A stretch of 59,709 nt of DNA from an uncultured archaeon. GTDB taxonomy: Archaea; Asgardarchaeota; Lokiarchaeia; Sigyniarchaeales; SOKP01. Position 1 is the stretch's first letter. Each line of letters starts with the position of its first letter. Of the stretch, positions 1 through 10,149 are shown one piece after another. The stretch spans positions 14,014 through 73,722 of the forward strand of contig CAZWEM010000003.1 of the NCBI GenBank assembly GCA_964632315.1, given 5' to 3'. The position numbers were made by a program, and so were the translations under genes. A model generated the notes under the pieces. It ran no database searches. It worked only from the letters and a program-made list of their open reading frames with translations, and had not been told where the DNA came from.

Positions 1-1103
1 TTATACCACCATTGATGGCATGCTTCATGAGCAATCGTTTTCTCAAGAATTTGTCTTTTAACATAGGGAGGATACGTATAGCCATCAATTGCTTCAGAAG
101 CATATACTTGGCAAGGGTATTCCATGCCACCAAAGGACGTATATTCTTCAACAACATTCAATGTGGGATAATTATATGCACCAAATGTATCATTATAGAG
201 CAGTAGAGCATTTTGTAAATAATGTAATGCATTATTCTCCCAAACTGTATCCAACCTAGGCAAATAAAAAGTGCTAATGTTAACTCCATTAATAATTTTC
301 GATTCTACTTGGAAATAACGAGATGCTGAAAAAGTTACTTCCCGAACGGGTAATACTGGATCGAATTCGAGAATTTTGGTTGCACCTTTATTGATTTTTC
401 CAGTCAATTGCCCCGTTGCAGCAACAATCATTTCACTCGGTACCTCCATGATTAATTTATAATAAGCCATATCAAAATAAAACGGGTCACCAATTGAAAG
501 ATAAGGATCAGTATTCCATGCGTCCTTATTATCATAAACACAGGGAATTGGATAAAATCCCGTGAATTTGAAGATTCTCGATTGGTCAAGGTCGGATCCA
601 TACGAATTTGCTCTATCATAAGGCCCATCTGGCAGTGTGGATTCAAATTGGATTATGAATTTTACTCTTTCTCGATATCCTAACTCTTCGGTAAGATTAA
701 CCCACATGATCTGTAATTCACTGTAAGCTTCATAAGGTAAAGAATTACTCGAGTTGTCGAAATCGAAGACGTCTAGTATTTCAATATTTCCTTGACGAGT
801 ATCATACAACATTCCTGACAAGTATAAATGAAATGGAATCATTGTTAAATTTACGGGGTCATTATTGTAGAAATCAACTGTGAGGTTACCTTCGACTTTA
901 GAATTTATTTCGTCCATGTATAAAGATAAATTATAGTTTGAAAAATTTCCGTTAACATGAGAAATTTTTACCGGATTTTCTAACGGAAGGGGATCTCCCT
1001 TTGGTGGTTTATTTTGTGGACTTCTAAGATTACTTGAAGTATTGATAAGTGGGACTATCAGTAAAAAGAGAATAATGATCGGTAAAAAATCCTGTTTTTT
1101 CAT
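1..1103 (-). CDS. M1-family metallo-aminopeptidase, secreted or membrane-anchored (3' end runs off the window; absent from the ORF track)
   Basis: ATG at 1103 gives MKKQDFLPIIILFLLIVPLI (signal-like). The same frame near the window edge reads FGGMEYP (GxMEN-like exopeptidase motif) and IAHEACHQWWY (HExxH). Confidence 0.9.
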   Translation of the reverse strand, partial: MKKQDFLPIIILFLLIVPLINTSSNLRSPQNKPPKGDPLPLENPVKISHVNGNFSNYNLSLYMDEINSKVEGNLTVDFYNNDPVNLTMIPFHLYLSGMLYDTRQGNIEILDVFDFDNSSNSLPYEAYSELQIMWVNLTEELGYRERVKFIIQFESTLPDGPYDRANSYGSDLDQSRIFKFTGFYPIPCVYDNKDAWNTDPYLSIGDPFYFDMAYYKLIMEVPSEMIVAATGQLTGKINKGATKILEFDPVLPVREVTFSASRYFQVESKIINGVNISTFYLPRLDTVWENNALHYLQNALLLYNDTFGAYNYPTLNVVEEYTSFGGMEYPCQVYASEAIDGYTYPPYVKRQILEKTIAHEACHQWWY

Positions 1104-1258
1104 TTTTCATCGGATGTCTAATTTTAGGTTTCTTAAAGCAAATAAACTGATAAATGTTCGGTCACAAATGATGTGTTAGTTTAAATTGTAGACTTATTTA
1201 TAAGGGTTAAATTGAAATCGTAAAAATTATATTATTGAAATTATTTAGATTTATATAT

Positions 1259-1413
1259 CCCCCCTTAGCTCAGTTGGTTAGAGCGCGCGGCTGTAGAAGA
1301 TATTTTTCACGTGCTAAGGTTTCTGCCAATGATGCATTGTCAGCCGATACCGTGAGGTCCCCGGCTCAAATGATCGATTCATTTTGAATGGAATGGGAAT
1401 CCGGGAGGGGGGA
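1259..1413 (+). tRNA. tRNA-Tyr(GTA) with two introns: 37/38 (~1297-1348) and T-loop 59/60 (~1371-1399)
   Basis: Acceptor stem CCCCCCT/AGGGGGG+A, D-arm GCTC..GAGC, anticodon stem CGCGG/CCGTG with CT-GTA-G, T-stem CCCGG/CCGGG. The T-loop insert forms a BHB-like motif (CTCA/TGGG helix, AAT bulges). Confidence 0.9.
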
Positions 1414-1525
1414 CTAACATTTTTTCTTCCTTTTTATTATTTTCAATTAAGTTCTTTCCTTGTTTCCAAAAAATTCTTATTTTGACGATAATTATTGTAC
1501 ATTAGAATAAAGTTTCTTGAGTTGA

Positions 1526-2443
1526 ATGAAGAAAAAGAATACTGCAGTTGTTGGAGCGGGTTGGTTCGGTCGCGCTCACGTGAGAAATTTTGACGATATC
1601 TCAAAATTGATGGCGGTTTGTGATAAGAACGAAGAAAGATTGCAACAGCTCTCGACTCAGTATGATGGAATAAATATCTACACTGATGTGGATGATTTAA
1701 TAAAAAATGAAGATATAGATGCTGTAAGCATTGTTACACCACCTAAATTTATTCCGGGGCTCTCAAAGCATTTTGTTGAGAAGGGTATTGATGTTTTGAT
1801 GGAAAAGCCAATGGCTTTGAAACTTGAAGATTTAGAACAATTTAAAAAGTATGATAACGTGAGAATCATGCCCGGTTTCATCGAATTGTTTAATCCAGCA
1901 TTCGAAAAATTATTACATAAGATAGATGAAATTGGAGAGATAATATCAATTGCTTCAAAACGGGTGGGACTTTATCCAAAACGAGAGTGGGATATGGGAG
2001 TTATTCTTGATCTGTCGATTCATGATATTTATCTACAAGAAGCAGTTATGGGTAAAGGATCGATAGAGAACGCTTTAGGTGTGAAAAAATGTTTTAAAGA
2101 TTGTGTTCACGCTGATGCAGCTTTTATAATTCTTGATTTTGGTAAAGCAATTGGACAAATCGAATCAAATTGGTTAACTCCTTCTAAATTTAGGAGGATG
2201 TACGTAAATGGAGAGCACGGAGGAATCTCAATTGATTTTATCACCCAAGAAATAAATATTCGTACAGGAATCGATCTTCAAGGGGATTGGCCAATCACTA
2301 AAGATGTAAATTACACTCCGCTACGAGGTGATGAACCCTTGAAAAGGGAAATAGTAAATTTTCTATATGAAAAAGATCCGAAAGTGACCTTAGAAGATGG
2401 TATTAGAGCGTTAGACATAGCCCTTAAAATTGTTAATCACTAA
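1526..2443 (+). CDS. Gfo/Idh/MocA family NAD(P)-dependent oxidoreductase (UDP-sugar 3-dehydrogenase-like)
   Basis: AVVGAGWFG Rossmann motif, EKPMA, GFIELFNPA, DLSIHDI. Confidence 0.88.
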   Translation: MKKKNTAVVGAGWFGRAHVRNFDDISKLMAVCDKNEERLQQLSTQYDGINIYTDVDDLIKNEDIDAVSIVTPPKFIPGLSKHFVEKGIDVLMEKPMALKLEDLEQFKKYDNVRIMPGFIELFNPAFEKLLHKIDEIGEIISIASKRVGLYPKREWDMGVILDLSIHDIYLQEAVMGKGSIENALGVKKCFKDCVHADAAFIILDFGKAIGQIESNWLTPSKFRRMYVNGEHGGISIDFITQEINIRTGIDLQGDWPITKDVNYTPLRGDEPLKREIVNFLYEKDPKVTLEDGIRALDIALKIVNH

Positions 2444-2472
2444 AAAATTACACTATAAGATGTGGTTTGTTA

Positions 2473-2901
2473 ATGAATGAAAAAAATGAAGAGAAGGAAG
2501 AACATGAATTGGAAAAAATAAGGTTAAAGAAGATGAAAGCCCTAATGGAATCACAGAAAATGCAACAAGCGGCAAAAGAAAGGGTTAATGGCATCTATGA
2601 AAAGATTGATTTTGTATTACGAGCAGTCATGGAGCCTGATGCGTATAAACATCTAAATAAATTAAGATCTACGGATCCATCAGTATACCAACGCATATAT
2701 GGAGAGTTAGTTAGTCCAGATGTAGTTCAGAATATTGATTATCTTATCGCATTAATAAGACAACGCGGTGGCGTTGGAAGACGTATTCCGTTGGATGTTA
2801 TAATATATTTGGAGCGAAAGATCAAGGGAGTTAAAAGTAGTATTAAGGTCAAACAAGGCGATGGAGAGATGATGGATTTAGGATCATACTTGTCAAAATG
2901 A
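2473..2901 (+). CDS. PDCD5/TFAR19-like dsDNA-binding protein
   Basis: ELEKIRLKKMKALM...LRAVMEPDAYKHLNKLR follows the PDCD5 family pattern; ATG at 2473. Confidence 0.65.
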   Translation: MNEKNEEKEEHELEKIRLKKMKALMESQKMQQAAKERVNGIYEKIDFVLRAVMEPDAYKHLNKLRSTDPSVYQRIYGELVSPDVVQNIDYLIALIRQRGGVGRRIPLDVIIYLERKIKGVKSSIKVKQGDGEMMDLGSYLSK

Positions 2902-3029
2902 AGTTTTAAACGTAATTACGCTCATCATTCATTACCTATATATTAGAAGAAATCAGAAGATATATAAAAAAATTCTTTTATGGGATTATTAACAAACAAA
3001 TTGGTATCTAGCTTTTTGTGGTATAAGGA

Positions 3030-3515
3030 ATGGGGATATTAGAAATAGGAGTGAATATTGGAAATCAAAATTTACTTGTCGTAAAGTTCTATTCCCAAGA
3101 AGATATCGATAAAAATGACATGCTAAGATCATTTTCAGCTTTACGGCACGATTTCATCGTGGCGATTAATGATTTAGCTAAAAACGTGTTTGGAGAAGAT
3201 TTAAATGCGATTTCTTTATCCGAATATCGGTTAATTTATACATCTGAGAATATTGAAAATCCCTATATACAAGAAAACGTACCATTAATATGTTACGCAA
3301 TTACTGATAACTCTAATCATAGTAATAATGATACCGAATGGATAAAGAAGATATTAACCGAAATTTTAAAGCATTTTTTAAGTCGTTATTCGTTATATAC
3401 TATTTGTTCTCCAGGGGAAGTCGATTTCCAGAAATTTGAACCCAGAATATACCATATCGTGGGAGATTCACGATTTAAAATAGAAGAATCATTCAAGAAC
3501 ATTTTTCGAGAATAG
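3030..3515 (+). CDS. Longin-like domain protein
   Basis: Hydrophobic pattern of beta-beta-alpha-beta-beta-beta-alpha-alpha, with C-terminal ILKHFLSRY...FQKFEPRI. Fold is inferred. Confidence 0.5.
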   Translation: MGILEIGVNIGNQNLLVVKFYSQEDIDKNDMLRSFSALRHDFIVAINDLAKNVFGEDLNAISLSEYRLIYTSENIENPYIQENVPLICYAITDNSNHSNNDTEWIKKILTEILKHFLSRYSLYTICSPGEVDFQKFEPRIYHIVGDSRFKIEESFKNIFRE

Positions 3516-3516
3516 T

Positions 3517-4071
3517 TTATTGCTCCCGTGCTGAAATAATGGCAATTACTTCCCATTCACCATTTTTAAATTGTTCTGCATCAATGCTAGAAAATTGAAA
3601 AGCAAAGGGCCTCCCAAATATTTCTTCTATCATTGGACTGAATGAACTGACCGCAAAAATTAATAATCTTTTTAAAATCCCTTCTATAGTACCCTCAATA
3701 TTTAATTCATCAATCGTTTGTTTTACAGCATCAATTTCATTCAAATTATAATGATATTTATAGACTAACTTAAAATCAACAGGAGTTGGTGCCTCTGGAT
3801 CCTCTAAAGTGAGTCCACGCTTCCTGAATGGGAATAAGGTATTCAAGTAAAAATAAAAAATCTCTTCGTAATGATCTCTCAAGAGATAACTAATTTGTGA
3901 GCCATTTTGATATTTTTGCCAATAATCATTCATCAATTCCAAAAGTCTCGGGTAATTTTTATATTTGTTTTCACTTTCTTTTTGGAGATAATTCAACAGT
4001 TTATTTTTAAGGGGCTTAAACTCATTATCTTTTGCAACCCTCTTGATGAAGCTTCTAAATCTTTGGCTCAT
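3517..4071 (-). CDS. Hypothetical protein
   Basis: 184-aa ORF, convergent with the previous gene; no motif recognised. Confidence 0.7.
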   Translation of the reverse strand: MSQRFRSFIKRVAKDNEFKPLKNKLLNYLQKESENKYKNYPRLLELMNDYWQKYQNGSQISYLLRDHYEEIFYFYLNTLFPFRKRGLTLEDPEAPTPVDFKLVYKYHYNLNEIDAVKQTIDELNIEGTIEGILKRLLIFAVSSFSPMIEEIFGRPFAFQFSSIDAEQFKNGEWEVIAIISAREQ

Positions 4072-4236
4072 GTTCCAAAAGTAGAATGTAATTTAGTATG
4101 AACTATTTGCACTATTCTTTATCTTTTAATATGATACTCGCATAATATAACTGTTTGCTTTTAAAGACAATTGGCTGGCTTAATTATTTGAAAAAATTCA
4201 CAAAATTTAATAGATCGTTGCATTCTTTATATTATC

Positions 4237-5433
4237 ATGGTACAAAGTGTAGGGTTAATATATACTGATAAGTATCAAAGTTATAATTTCGGACCCGATC
4301 ATCCCCTACGCCCTTTAAGGCTTAAATTAACTTATAGTTTGATGAAATCCCTAGGCTTTTTTGATCATCCTAGTTTGAAAGTAATAGAACCTCGAATGGC
4401 GACTAAAGAAGAAATTGAACGCGTGCATTCTATAGATTATGTGAATGCTGTCAAAAAATTAAGTGATGATCCTAACAATAGAGAAGTCACACCATATCTC
4501 TATGGATTGGGTCCTGGAGATAATCCCATCTTTAAAGGAATGTATGAAGCTTCAGCTTTAGTATGCGGGGCAACGATTAGTGCTGCTGATTTAGTATGGA
4601 AGGAAGATAATGATGTTATCATGGCATTTAATCCTGCAGGAGGACTTCATCACGCTCTGAAAAATAGAGCCTCTGGTTTTTGCATTTTCAATGATATAGC
4701 AGTAGCAATAAAATACTTAAAACACTTAAAAAAGGATATACGTGTGGCATATTTGGATATCGATTGTCATCACGGAGATGGAGTGCAATGGATCTTTTAT
4801 GATGATCCTAATGTTTTAACAATCTCATTCCATGAAAGTGGAAAGTTTTTATTTCCGGGCACTGGAAATACTAATGAAACTGGAGAAGGTTTAGGAAAAG
4901 GCTACGCAATAAATTTCCCTTTATTACCAGGAACATCTAATAGAATGTTTTTAAAACTATTCCGCTACTGTGTACCGAGAATCCTGCAAGAATATAGTCC
5001 AGATATTTTATTTACTCAATTAGGAGTAGACATGCATTTAAATGATCCATTAACCCAGATGGGACTATCGATTTCCGTGTATCGAGATGTTGCTCAAACC
5101 ATGAGAACTAGTGCAAGAGATTATTGCAACAATAAATGGATAGCAGTAGGGGGCGGTGGATATCAAATGAGCGTTGTACCGAGATCTTGGTCAATATTTT
5201 TGGCTGCCATGCTAGATGTCAATTTAGCAAATTCATTACCAGATACTTGGAGGGAGGAATTCAAGCGAGATGTGGAATATGAAGATACACCCGTTTTATT
5301 ATGGGACAGAGATGACAAATCGGAAGTCCAATTATTATCTCATCCAGAAATTGCGAAAAAAATGATTGATTATAACAAGGATTTGAAAAAACTCTGTGAT
5401 GATGTTTACATCCCAAATCTCTCAAAAAAATGA
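4237..5433 (+). CDS. acuC: Histone deacetylase / AcuC family protein deacetylase
   Basis: FGPDHPLRPLR, GGLHHA, SGFCIFND, DIDCHHGDG, FPGTG, GGGGY. Confidence 0.93.
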   Translation: MVQSVGLIYTDKYQSYNFGPDHPLRPLRLKLTYSLMKSLGFFDHPSLKVIEPRMATKEEIERVHSIDYVNAVKKLSDDPNNREVTPYLYGLGPGDNPIFKGMYEASALVCGATISAADLVWKEDNDVIMAFNPAGGLHHALKNRASGFCIFNDIAVAIKYLKHLKKDIRVAYLDIDCHHGDGVQWIFYDDPNVLTISFHESGKFLFPGTGNTNETGEGLGKGYAINFPLLPGTSNRMFLKLFRYCVPRILQEYSPDILFTQLGVDMHLNDPLTQMGLSISVYRDVAQTMRTSARDYCNNKWIAVGGGGYQMSVVPRSWSIFLAAMLDVNLANSLPDTWREEFKRDVEYEDTPVLLWDRDDKSEVQLLSHPEIAKKMIDYNKDLKKLCDDVYIPNLSKK

Positions 5434-5441
5434 TTCAAAAG

Positions 5442-6131
5442 TCAGGTGATCAAGTTATTTTTTCTCAATAACCATGTCGCAATACGGAATGTTTGAGCCA
5501 TATCGACTTCAGGATTATAGCCGCATGAAATCGCTGATTTTGGAATCCAGAGTTTATGATCATCATCAAAATTGATTAATAACGCTTTTTGTGTTTCTCC
5601 TTTAATAGTGCCCTCAATTTGAATGGTTTGATCATTTTGGTTACGTGGTTGTATTAGTTTAGTTGGCATATCGCTCTTCACTTTGACTCTTTTTCCTGAT
5701 CTATCTTTTAACTCGATGCGTGATGTGGCGTTTTCAATCTTTTCTTCCAACAAATGATCCATGAGTAATCGTAATATTTCTGATTGGGCGAAATTTAGCA
5801 TTTTAGAATAATCTCCAATGTTAATGTATAATCTTTGTTGTTTCTCATCCTCCCATTTAAATGAAATTTGTGTTTTTAACTCATTGAACTTATGATAACT
5901 GGACCAAGATTTCATCTTTTTCTTCAAAACTTCAAGAATCATGACCATCTCGTCCATATTAATCTTAATCGTCTTACCTTCCCCATTAGAAGATTTTTCC
6001 CATGAGTAGTCTTGTTTTTTTTTAATACATTGGAAAAAGATGAATGGATCAGTTTGTGAGGAGCTTTGAATCTTTAATCCTGATGATTTACCAAAAAAAA
6101 TATGGCTATGATTGTTTACCATGGTCAGCAA
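5442..6131 (-). CDS. Hypothetical protein, possibly nucleic-acid binding, with C-terminal ETxKALL..WIPKS small beta-barrel motif
   Basis: 229-aa ORF; C-terminal GETQKALLINF..LWIPKSAI. Confidence 0.6.
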   Translation of the reverse strand: MLTMVNNHSHIFFGKSSGLKIQSSSQTDPFIFFQCIKKKQDYSWEKSSNGEGKTIKINMDEMVMILEVLKKKMKSWSSYHKFNELKTQISFKWEDEKQQRLYINIGDYSKMLNFAQSEILRLLMDHLLEEKIENATSRIELKDRSGKRVKVKSDMPTKLIQPRNQNDQTIQIEGTIKGETQKALLINFDDDHKLWIPKSAISCGYNPEVDMAQTFRIATWLLRKNNLIT

Positions 6132-6277
6132 TTCTAAATATATAATTTTAATTTAGGAGAGTTTGGTAATTTATTATCTAATTCTAGTTATTTAAACAAA
6201 AAGGATGTGAGAATAAGAAACCAAAAAAGAGGGAAACTGCTTTCATTTATTATTAATATCAAGTTTTAAGACATCGG

Positions 6278-7096
6278 ATGTTAGAAGATTTATCAATAGA
6301 GGGAAGTTCATCAGAATCACGCGTACATAAGTTGATGAAATATTATTTGTTAAATAAAATTGCTAAACATAATATTTTAATTAAAGAAAAGTCCCTTGAG
6401 AAATACTTCGGAAATCGCTATGCTGATATTTACTTTAAAATGAAGAATGGAATTGAAATTGTCGTAGAGGTTCAGAATTCAGCAATTTCTGTCAATGAAA
6501 TTAGGAATAGGATGAATGATTACAATAAAAATGGAATATTCGTTCTTTGGATACTAAATGGAGATGGAAAGTGTTGTTTTTCACCAAAGCAACCCATTGA
6601 TCAAACTGAGATTAAGATGAGCCCTGCTGAAATTTTTCTTCATCGAATGTATGGAGGAAGAGTATATTATCTAAAATTGAAGGATAAAAAGAAACAAGCA
6701 TCTTTTTTCCAATTGTATGGTTTACACTTTTCTAAAACTCTTGAAAAAAAATATAGGGGAATGTTCAAAACCCTATATGGTAATTTTTTTATTAGAGATA
6801 CTCATGTCATAAAAATAACAGATTTAAAATTGCTCCAAACTGATTTCTCTGGTTATAAAATAGCACGTTTCTATGATAAAAACTTTAGAAATCATTGTGA
6901 ACTAGAATTAAATGCATTCATTCACAAATTTCAATTAACAGAAATTAACAAAAAGACATTAGGAAAGATTATTAAAAAATATAAAATAAAATTCGGTAAG
7001 TTCATATTATTTTATAGCCTAATACGTCTACAAGATTCAAAAAAATGTAAGATCAATGGAAAAGTTCTCTCAAAGATTAGAAAAAAAGTGGATTAA
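6278..7096 (+). CDS. CoiA-like PD-(D/E)xK nuclease domain protein
   Basis: ESRVHKLMK...RYADIYF...VVEVQNSAIS..EI..R..DY...GIFVLWI. Confidence 0.75.
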   Translation: MLEDLSIEGSSSESRVHKLMKYYLLNKIAKHNILIKEKSLEKYFGNRYADIYFKMKNGIEIVVEVQNSAISVNEIRNRMNDYNKNGIFVLWILNGDGKCCFSPKQPIDQTEIKMSPAEIFLHRMYGGRVYYLKLKDKKKQASFFQLYGLHFSKTLEKKYRGMFKTLYGNFFIRDTHVIKITDLKLLQTDFSGYKIARFYDKNFRNHCELELNAFIHKFQLTEINKKTLGKIIKKYKIKFGKFILFYSLIRLQDSKKCKINGKVLSKIRKKVD

Positions 7097-7185
7097 GAAT
7101 TAAAATTGTTGAAAAAGGTTTTATATATTCCCATTCTTAATTTCAATCACATATTTGTATACATGCAAATAACGAGATACCAAAC

Positions 7186-7581
7186 ATGCCTACAATATCA
7201 AAAGGTTTAAAATACATTCTGATCGCGTTTATTGTCTTTTGTTTCGCCTTCATGCCCTTCTTTTTATTTTTCACTGAAGGATTTTCCCTAGCAACTCAAT
7301 GGCCTTGGCTAGATCCATTTTTCGGTCGAATGTATGGGGTTTTACTCCTAGCAATGGGGATTAGTTCAATATTCGCAATTCTCAAAAAAGAATGGGAACG
7401 CATTCAAATCTTTATCGAATTCTTAATGTTATGGATGTTTTTTGTCATAATTGTGACTGTAGTTGCGACCTTAATCGTTCCTTTTTCCATGGTTTCTCTT
7501 TTATTGATTCTAGTTCAAGCAGGATTACTGAGTATATTTTTTCTGATTTTTTTATTCTATTACTTCATAAAATATCGATAA
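7186..7581 (+). CDS. 4-TM membrane protein
   Basis: Four hydrophobic segments. Confidence 0.75.
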   Translation: MPTISKGLKYILIAFIVFCFAFMPFFLFFTEGFSLATQWPWLDPFFGRMYGVLLLAMGISSIFAILKKEWERIQIFIEFLMLWMFFVIIVTVVATLIVPFSMVSLLLILVQAGLLSIFFLIFLFYYFIKYR

Positions 7582-7647
7582 TCTCATTTTTTTATTTTTA
7601 ACCATAGTATTAACAAGTTTTAAATTATCGAAACCTAATTAGAGAGT

Positions 7648-8286
7648 ATGAAAAAAAAGATAATTATCACCATCGTAGTATCTTGCGTTATAATTATCAG
7701 TGGTTTCATCATCTACATGTTTTTTAATCAAGGCGCTTTCTTTTCTTCAGAGGGAAGGTATGATGATACTGAATTGAACTACATGGGGGTTATCTTTGAA
7801 AACTCATCAGATATCAACGCATTTAACGAGGGATATAGCACCTCTTCAGCGTGTCCCTGGGGATTTGAGCACGACGGGATTGATTTTTTCTTTAATAATG
7901 ATTCTAACGTGATCGCTACCGCTCCAGGCCAAGTTTGGGACATATCAAATTATATTGGGGAGGGAGAAAACAAGTATCACGTGAAACTGAACATTCGATT
8001 CAGCAATTCCATACTGTTAAGTTATGGTTTTGAACCATGGACGGATAACACGAGTGCCCGAGATAAACAATGGGACATGCTTCAAGTTGAAGTTGGAGCT
8101 TGGGTTCAAAAAGGAGATATCTTAGCCAAATTTCTACAATGTAATGAAAGCGCTCACATTCATTTTGACATCACTGAAAATAATCAAAAACATTGCCCAA
8201 CTAAATACTTTTCAAGTGAAGGTTATTCTCAAATGATGGATTTAATACACCTTTACCATCCCACTTGGGAACTATGCTACCCTTAA
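7648..8286 (+). CDS. Membrane-anchored M23-like metallopeptidase
   Basis: N-terminal TM; HDGID (HxxxD), ATAPGQV, VEVGAWVQKGD, AHIHF (HxH). Confidence 0.75.
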   Translation: MKKKIIITIVVSCVIIISGFIIYMFFNQGAFFSSEGRYDDTELNYMGVIFENSSDINAFNEGYSTSSACPWGFEHDGIDFFFNNDSNVIATAPGQVWDISNYIGEGENKYHVKLNIRFSNSILLSYGFEPWTDNTSARDKQWDMLQVEVGAWVQKGDILAKFLQCNESAHIHFDITENNQKHCPTKYFSSEGYSQMMDLIHLYHPTWELCYP

Positions 8287-8369
8287 AGCCTAACATGTGA
8301 TACTAAATTTTTTATACTCGTTTTTCCTATTATTCTCTGAAATTCAAAAATTTATTATGGTCTTCATAC

Positions 8370-9059
8370 ATGAGCTATAACTTTACTTATCGCCATTTTT
8401 TAGAACCAGAGTTCTTTTTAATAGCAGGTTTACCGCTTATCTTGCGAACAATTTTCATGATAATTGTAAATTATTATATCCTCCGAGCAAGTAAGAGGCA
8501 ACCAGAGGGGGTAAAAAAAACAGAGTATTTAAAGTGGTGTGCTATAATTAATCTTATCTTTACTTCAGTTCCGTTATTTTTACCCGAATTAGTAATAGTC
8601 ACTCCAACATTTCCACCCCAAGATCTTTCATTTATAATTTGGTTTTATATCTTAACCGGTTTAATCATGAGCGTGCCTTTCTTGGTCTCTTATGGGATTT
8701 TAATATTTCTCTTCGCAAGACAAAATCGTGAGAATCTTGGTTCATATTTATATATAGCAGGTATATGTTTTTTGGTGAGTTATTCCTTATCTTTAATTAT
8801 TTTAGGGGGAAATGTAATACCAATTTTCTTATATTTGGATATTCTCCCCTATATAGTGGCGATCTCCACCACTATATTTGGAATATTCACCGGTATGATA
8901 GCACTGATCGGATTTATATTTTTATTGATTCATAGTGTAAATAAAAGAGATTTTAACTTCAAGATGGCAGCAATATTTTACTTTATTGGATTAGTATTCA
9001 CTTTTATTTTTGGATTTGTAGCTTCTTTTTTTGTCATCATTAACCAGTTTTTTTCCTAA
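8370..9059 (+). CDS. Multi-pass membrane protein, paralog 1
   Basis: About 6 TM segments; shares YYILRASKRQPEGV, LIFLFARQNR and RDFNFKMA with 9255..9929. Confidence 0.85.
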   Translation: MSYNFTYRHFLEPEFFLIAGLPLILRTIFMIIVNYYILRASKRQPEGVKKTEYLKWCAIINLIFTSVPLFLPELVIVTPTFPPQDLSFIIWFYILTGLIMSVPFLVSYGILIFLFARQNRENLGSYLYIAGICFLVSYSLSLIILGGNVIPIFLYLDILPYIVAISTTIFGIFTGMIALIGFIFLLIHSVNKRDFNFKMAAIFYFIGLVFTFIFGFVASFFVIINQFFS

Positions 9060-9254
9060 TATTGTTCATGAGGTAATTCTTAGTGAGTTAATTTTTGCCA
9101 TTCAAGATTAAATTTAGAACACGTGATTTAATACATTTTTATCATCCTACTTGGGAGTTATGTTTTCCTTAAAAACCTAAATTTGATCCTAACATTTTTA
9201 TATCTCAATCTCCTATGATCTTTTAAAGTCAAAAATGTATTAGGGTTTTCAAAC

Positions 9255-9929
9255 ATGAGTTATACTTTAACCTATCCACAGTATATAGATCCAATTTATT
9301 TTTTATTATCAGGCTTACCGCTTATTATTGGAACGATTTTCATGCTAACTGCAAACTATTACATTCTCCGAGCAAGTAAGAGGCAACCAGAGGGAGTAAG
9401 AAAAAGTGAGTATTTAAAGTGGTGTGCTATTATCAATCTTACATTTATCTTCATCGCTTTAATCTTACCCGGTTTAAGAATAACTGCTCCAAGCTTAAGG
9501 CCCCAAGATCTTTTAATTATGAGCTTGTTTTATATTTTAACGGGTTTAATCTCGAGTGTACCTTTCTTGATATCTTATGGTGTTTTAATATTTCTCTTCG
9601 CAAGACAAAATCGGAACATCCTGAGATGGTATTTATACACGTCAAGTATACTTTTCATGATCGGATACTCATTTTTTGCATTTTATCTAGCTGGAAGATT
9701 ACCCGAAATTCTCTTCATTTCAGGTTCAGCGGTCCAAGTGACCATAGTACTATTCGGGAATTTTAGTAACATCATTAACTTAATAAATATACTTGGATTT
9801 ATCTTTCTGTTAATTCATGGCATCAAGAACAGGGATTTTAATTTCAAGATGGCAGGAATATTCTTTTTTATCGGCACTGGAATCACTATAGCCTATAACT
9901 TAATAATCCCTTTTTTTGTCACTTTTTGA
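9255..9929 (+). CDS. Multi-pass membrane protein, paralog 2 (tandem duplicate)
   Basis: Clearly homologous to 8370..9059, including the upstream region. Confidence 0.85.
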   Translation: MSYTLTYPQYIDPIYFLLSGLPLIIGTIFMLTANYYILRASKRQPEGVRKSEYLKWCAIINLTFIFIALILPGLRITAPSLRPQDLLIMSLFYILTGLISSVPFLISYGVLIFLFARQNRNILRWYLYTSSILFMIGYSFFAFYLAGRLPEILFISGSAVQVTIVLFGNFSNIINLINILGFIFLLIHGIKNRDFNFKMAGIFFFIGTGITIAYNLIIPFFVTF

Positions 9930-10149
9930 TTCTTGTTTTTATTAATTTTAAAGCATTTTGTAGCAGTAAACAAGCTCAAGAATTTGAGTCTTAATTGGGA
10001 GAAAAAAGGATCTAAAATGTTTGCTTTTTAGAAATAATCTTAATATTACTAGTTCGAGAATTATACTTACACTATTTTGATTTTCCCGTTCGTCGCGGGA
10101 CAAAGATAGATATGTTTATATAGGTATTCATTCAATATATGCATATAAT

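Noticed and set aside
12-646. ORFs 12..206 and 452..646
   Set aside because: They are shadow ORFs of the M1 aminopeptidase frame (1103 to <1).
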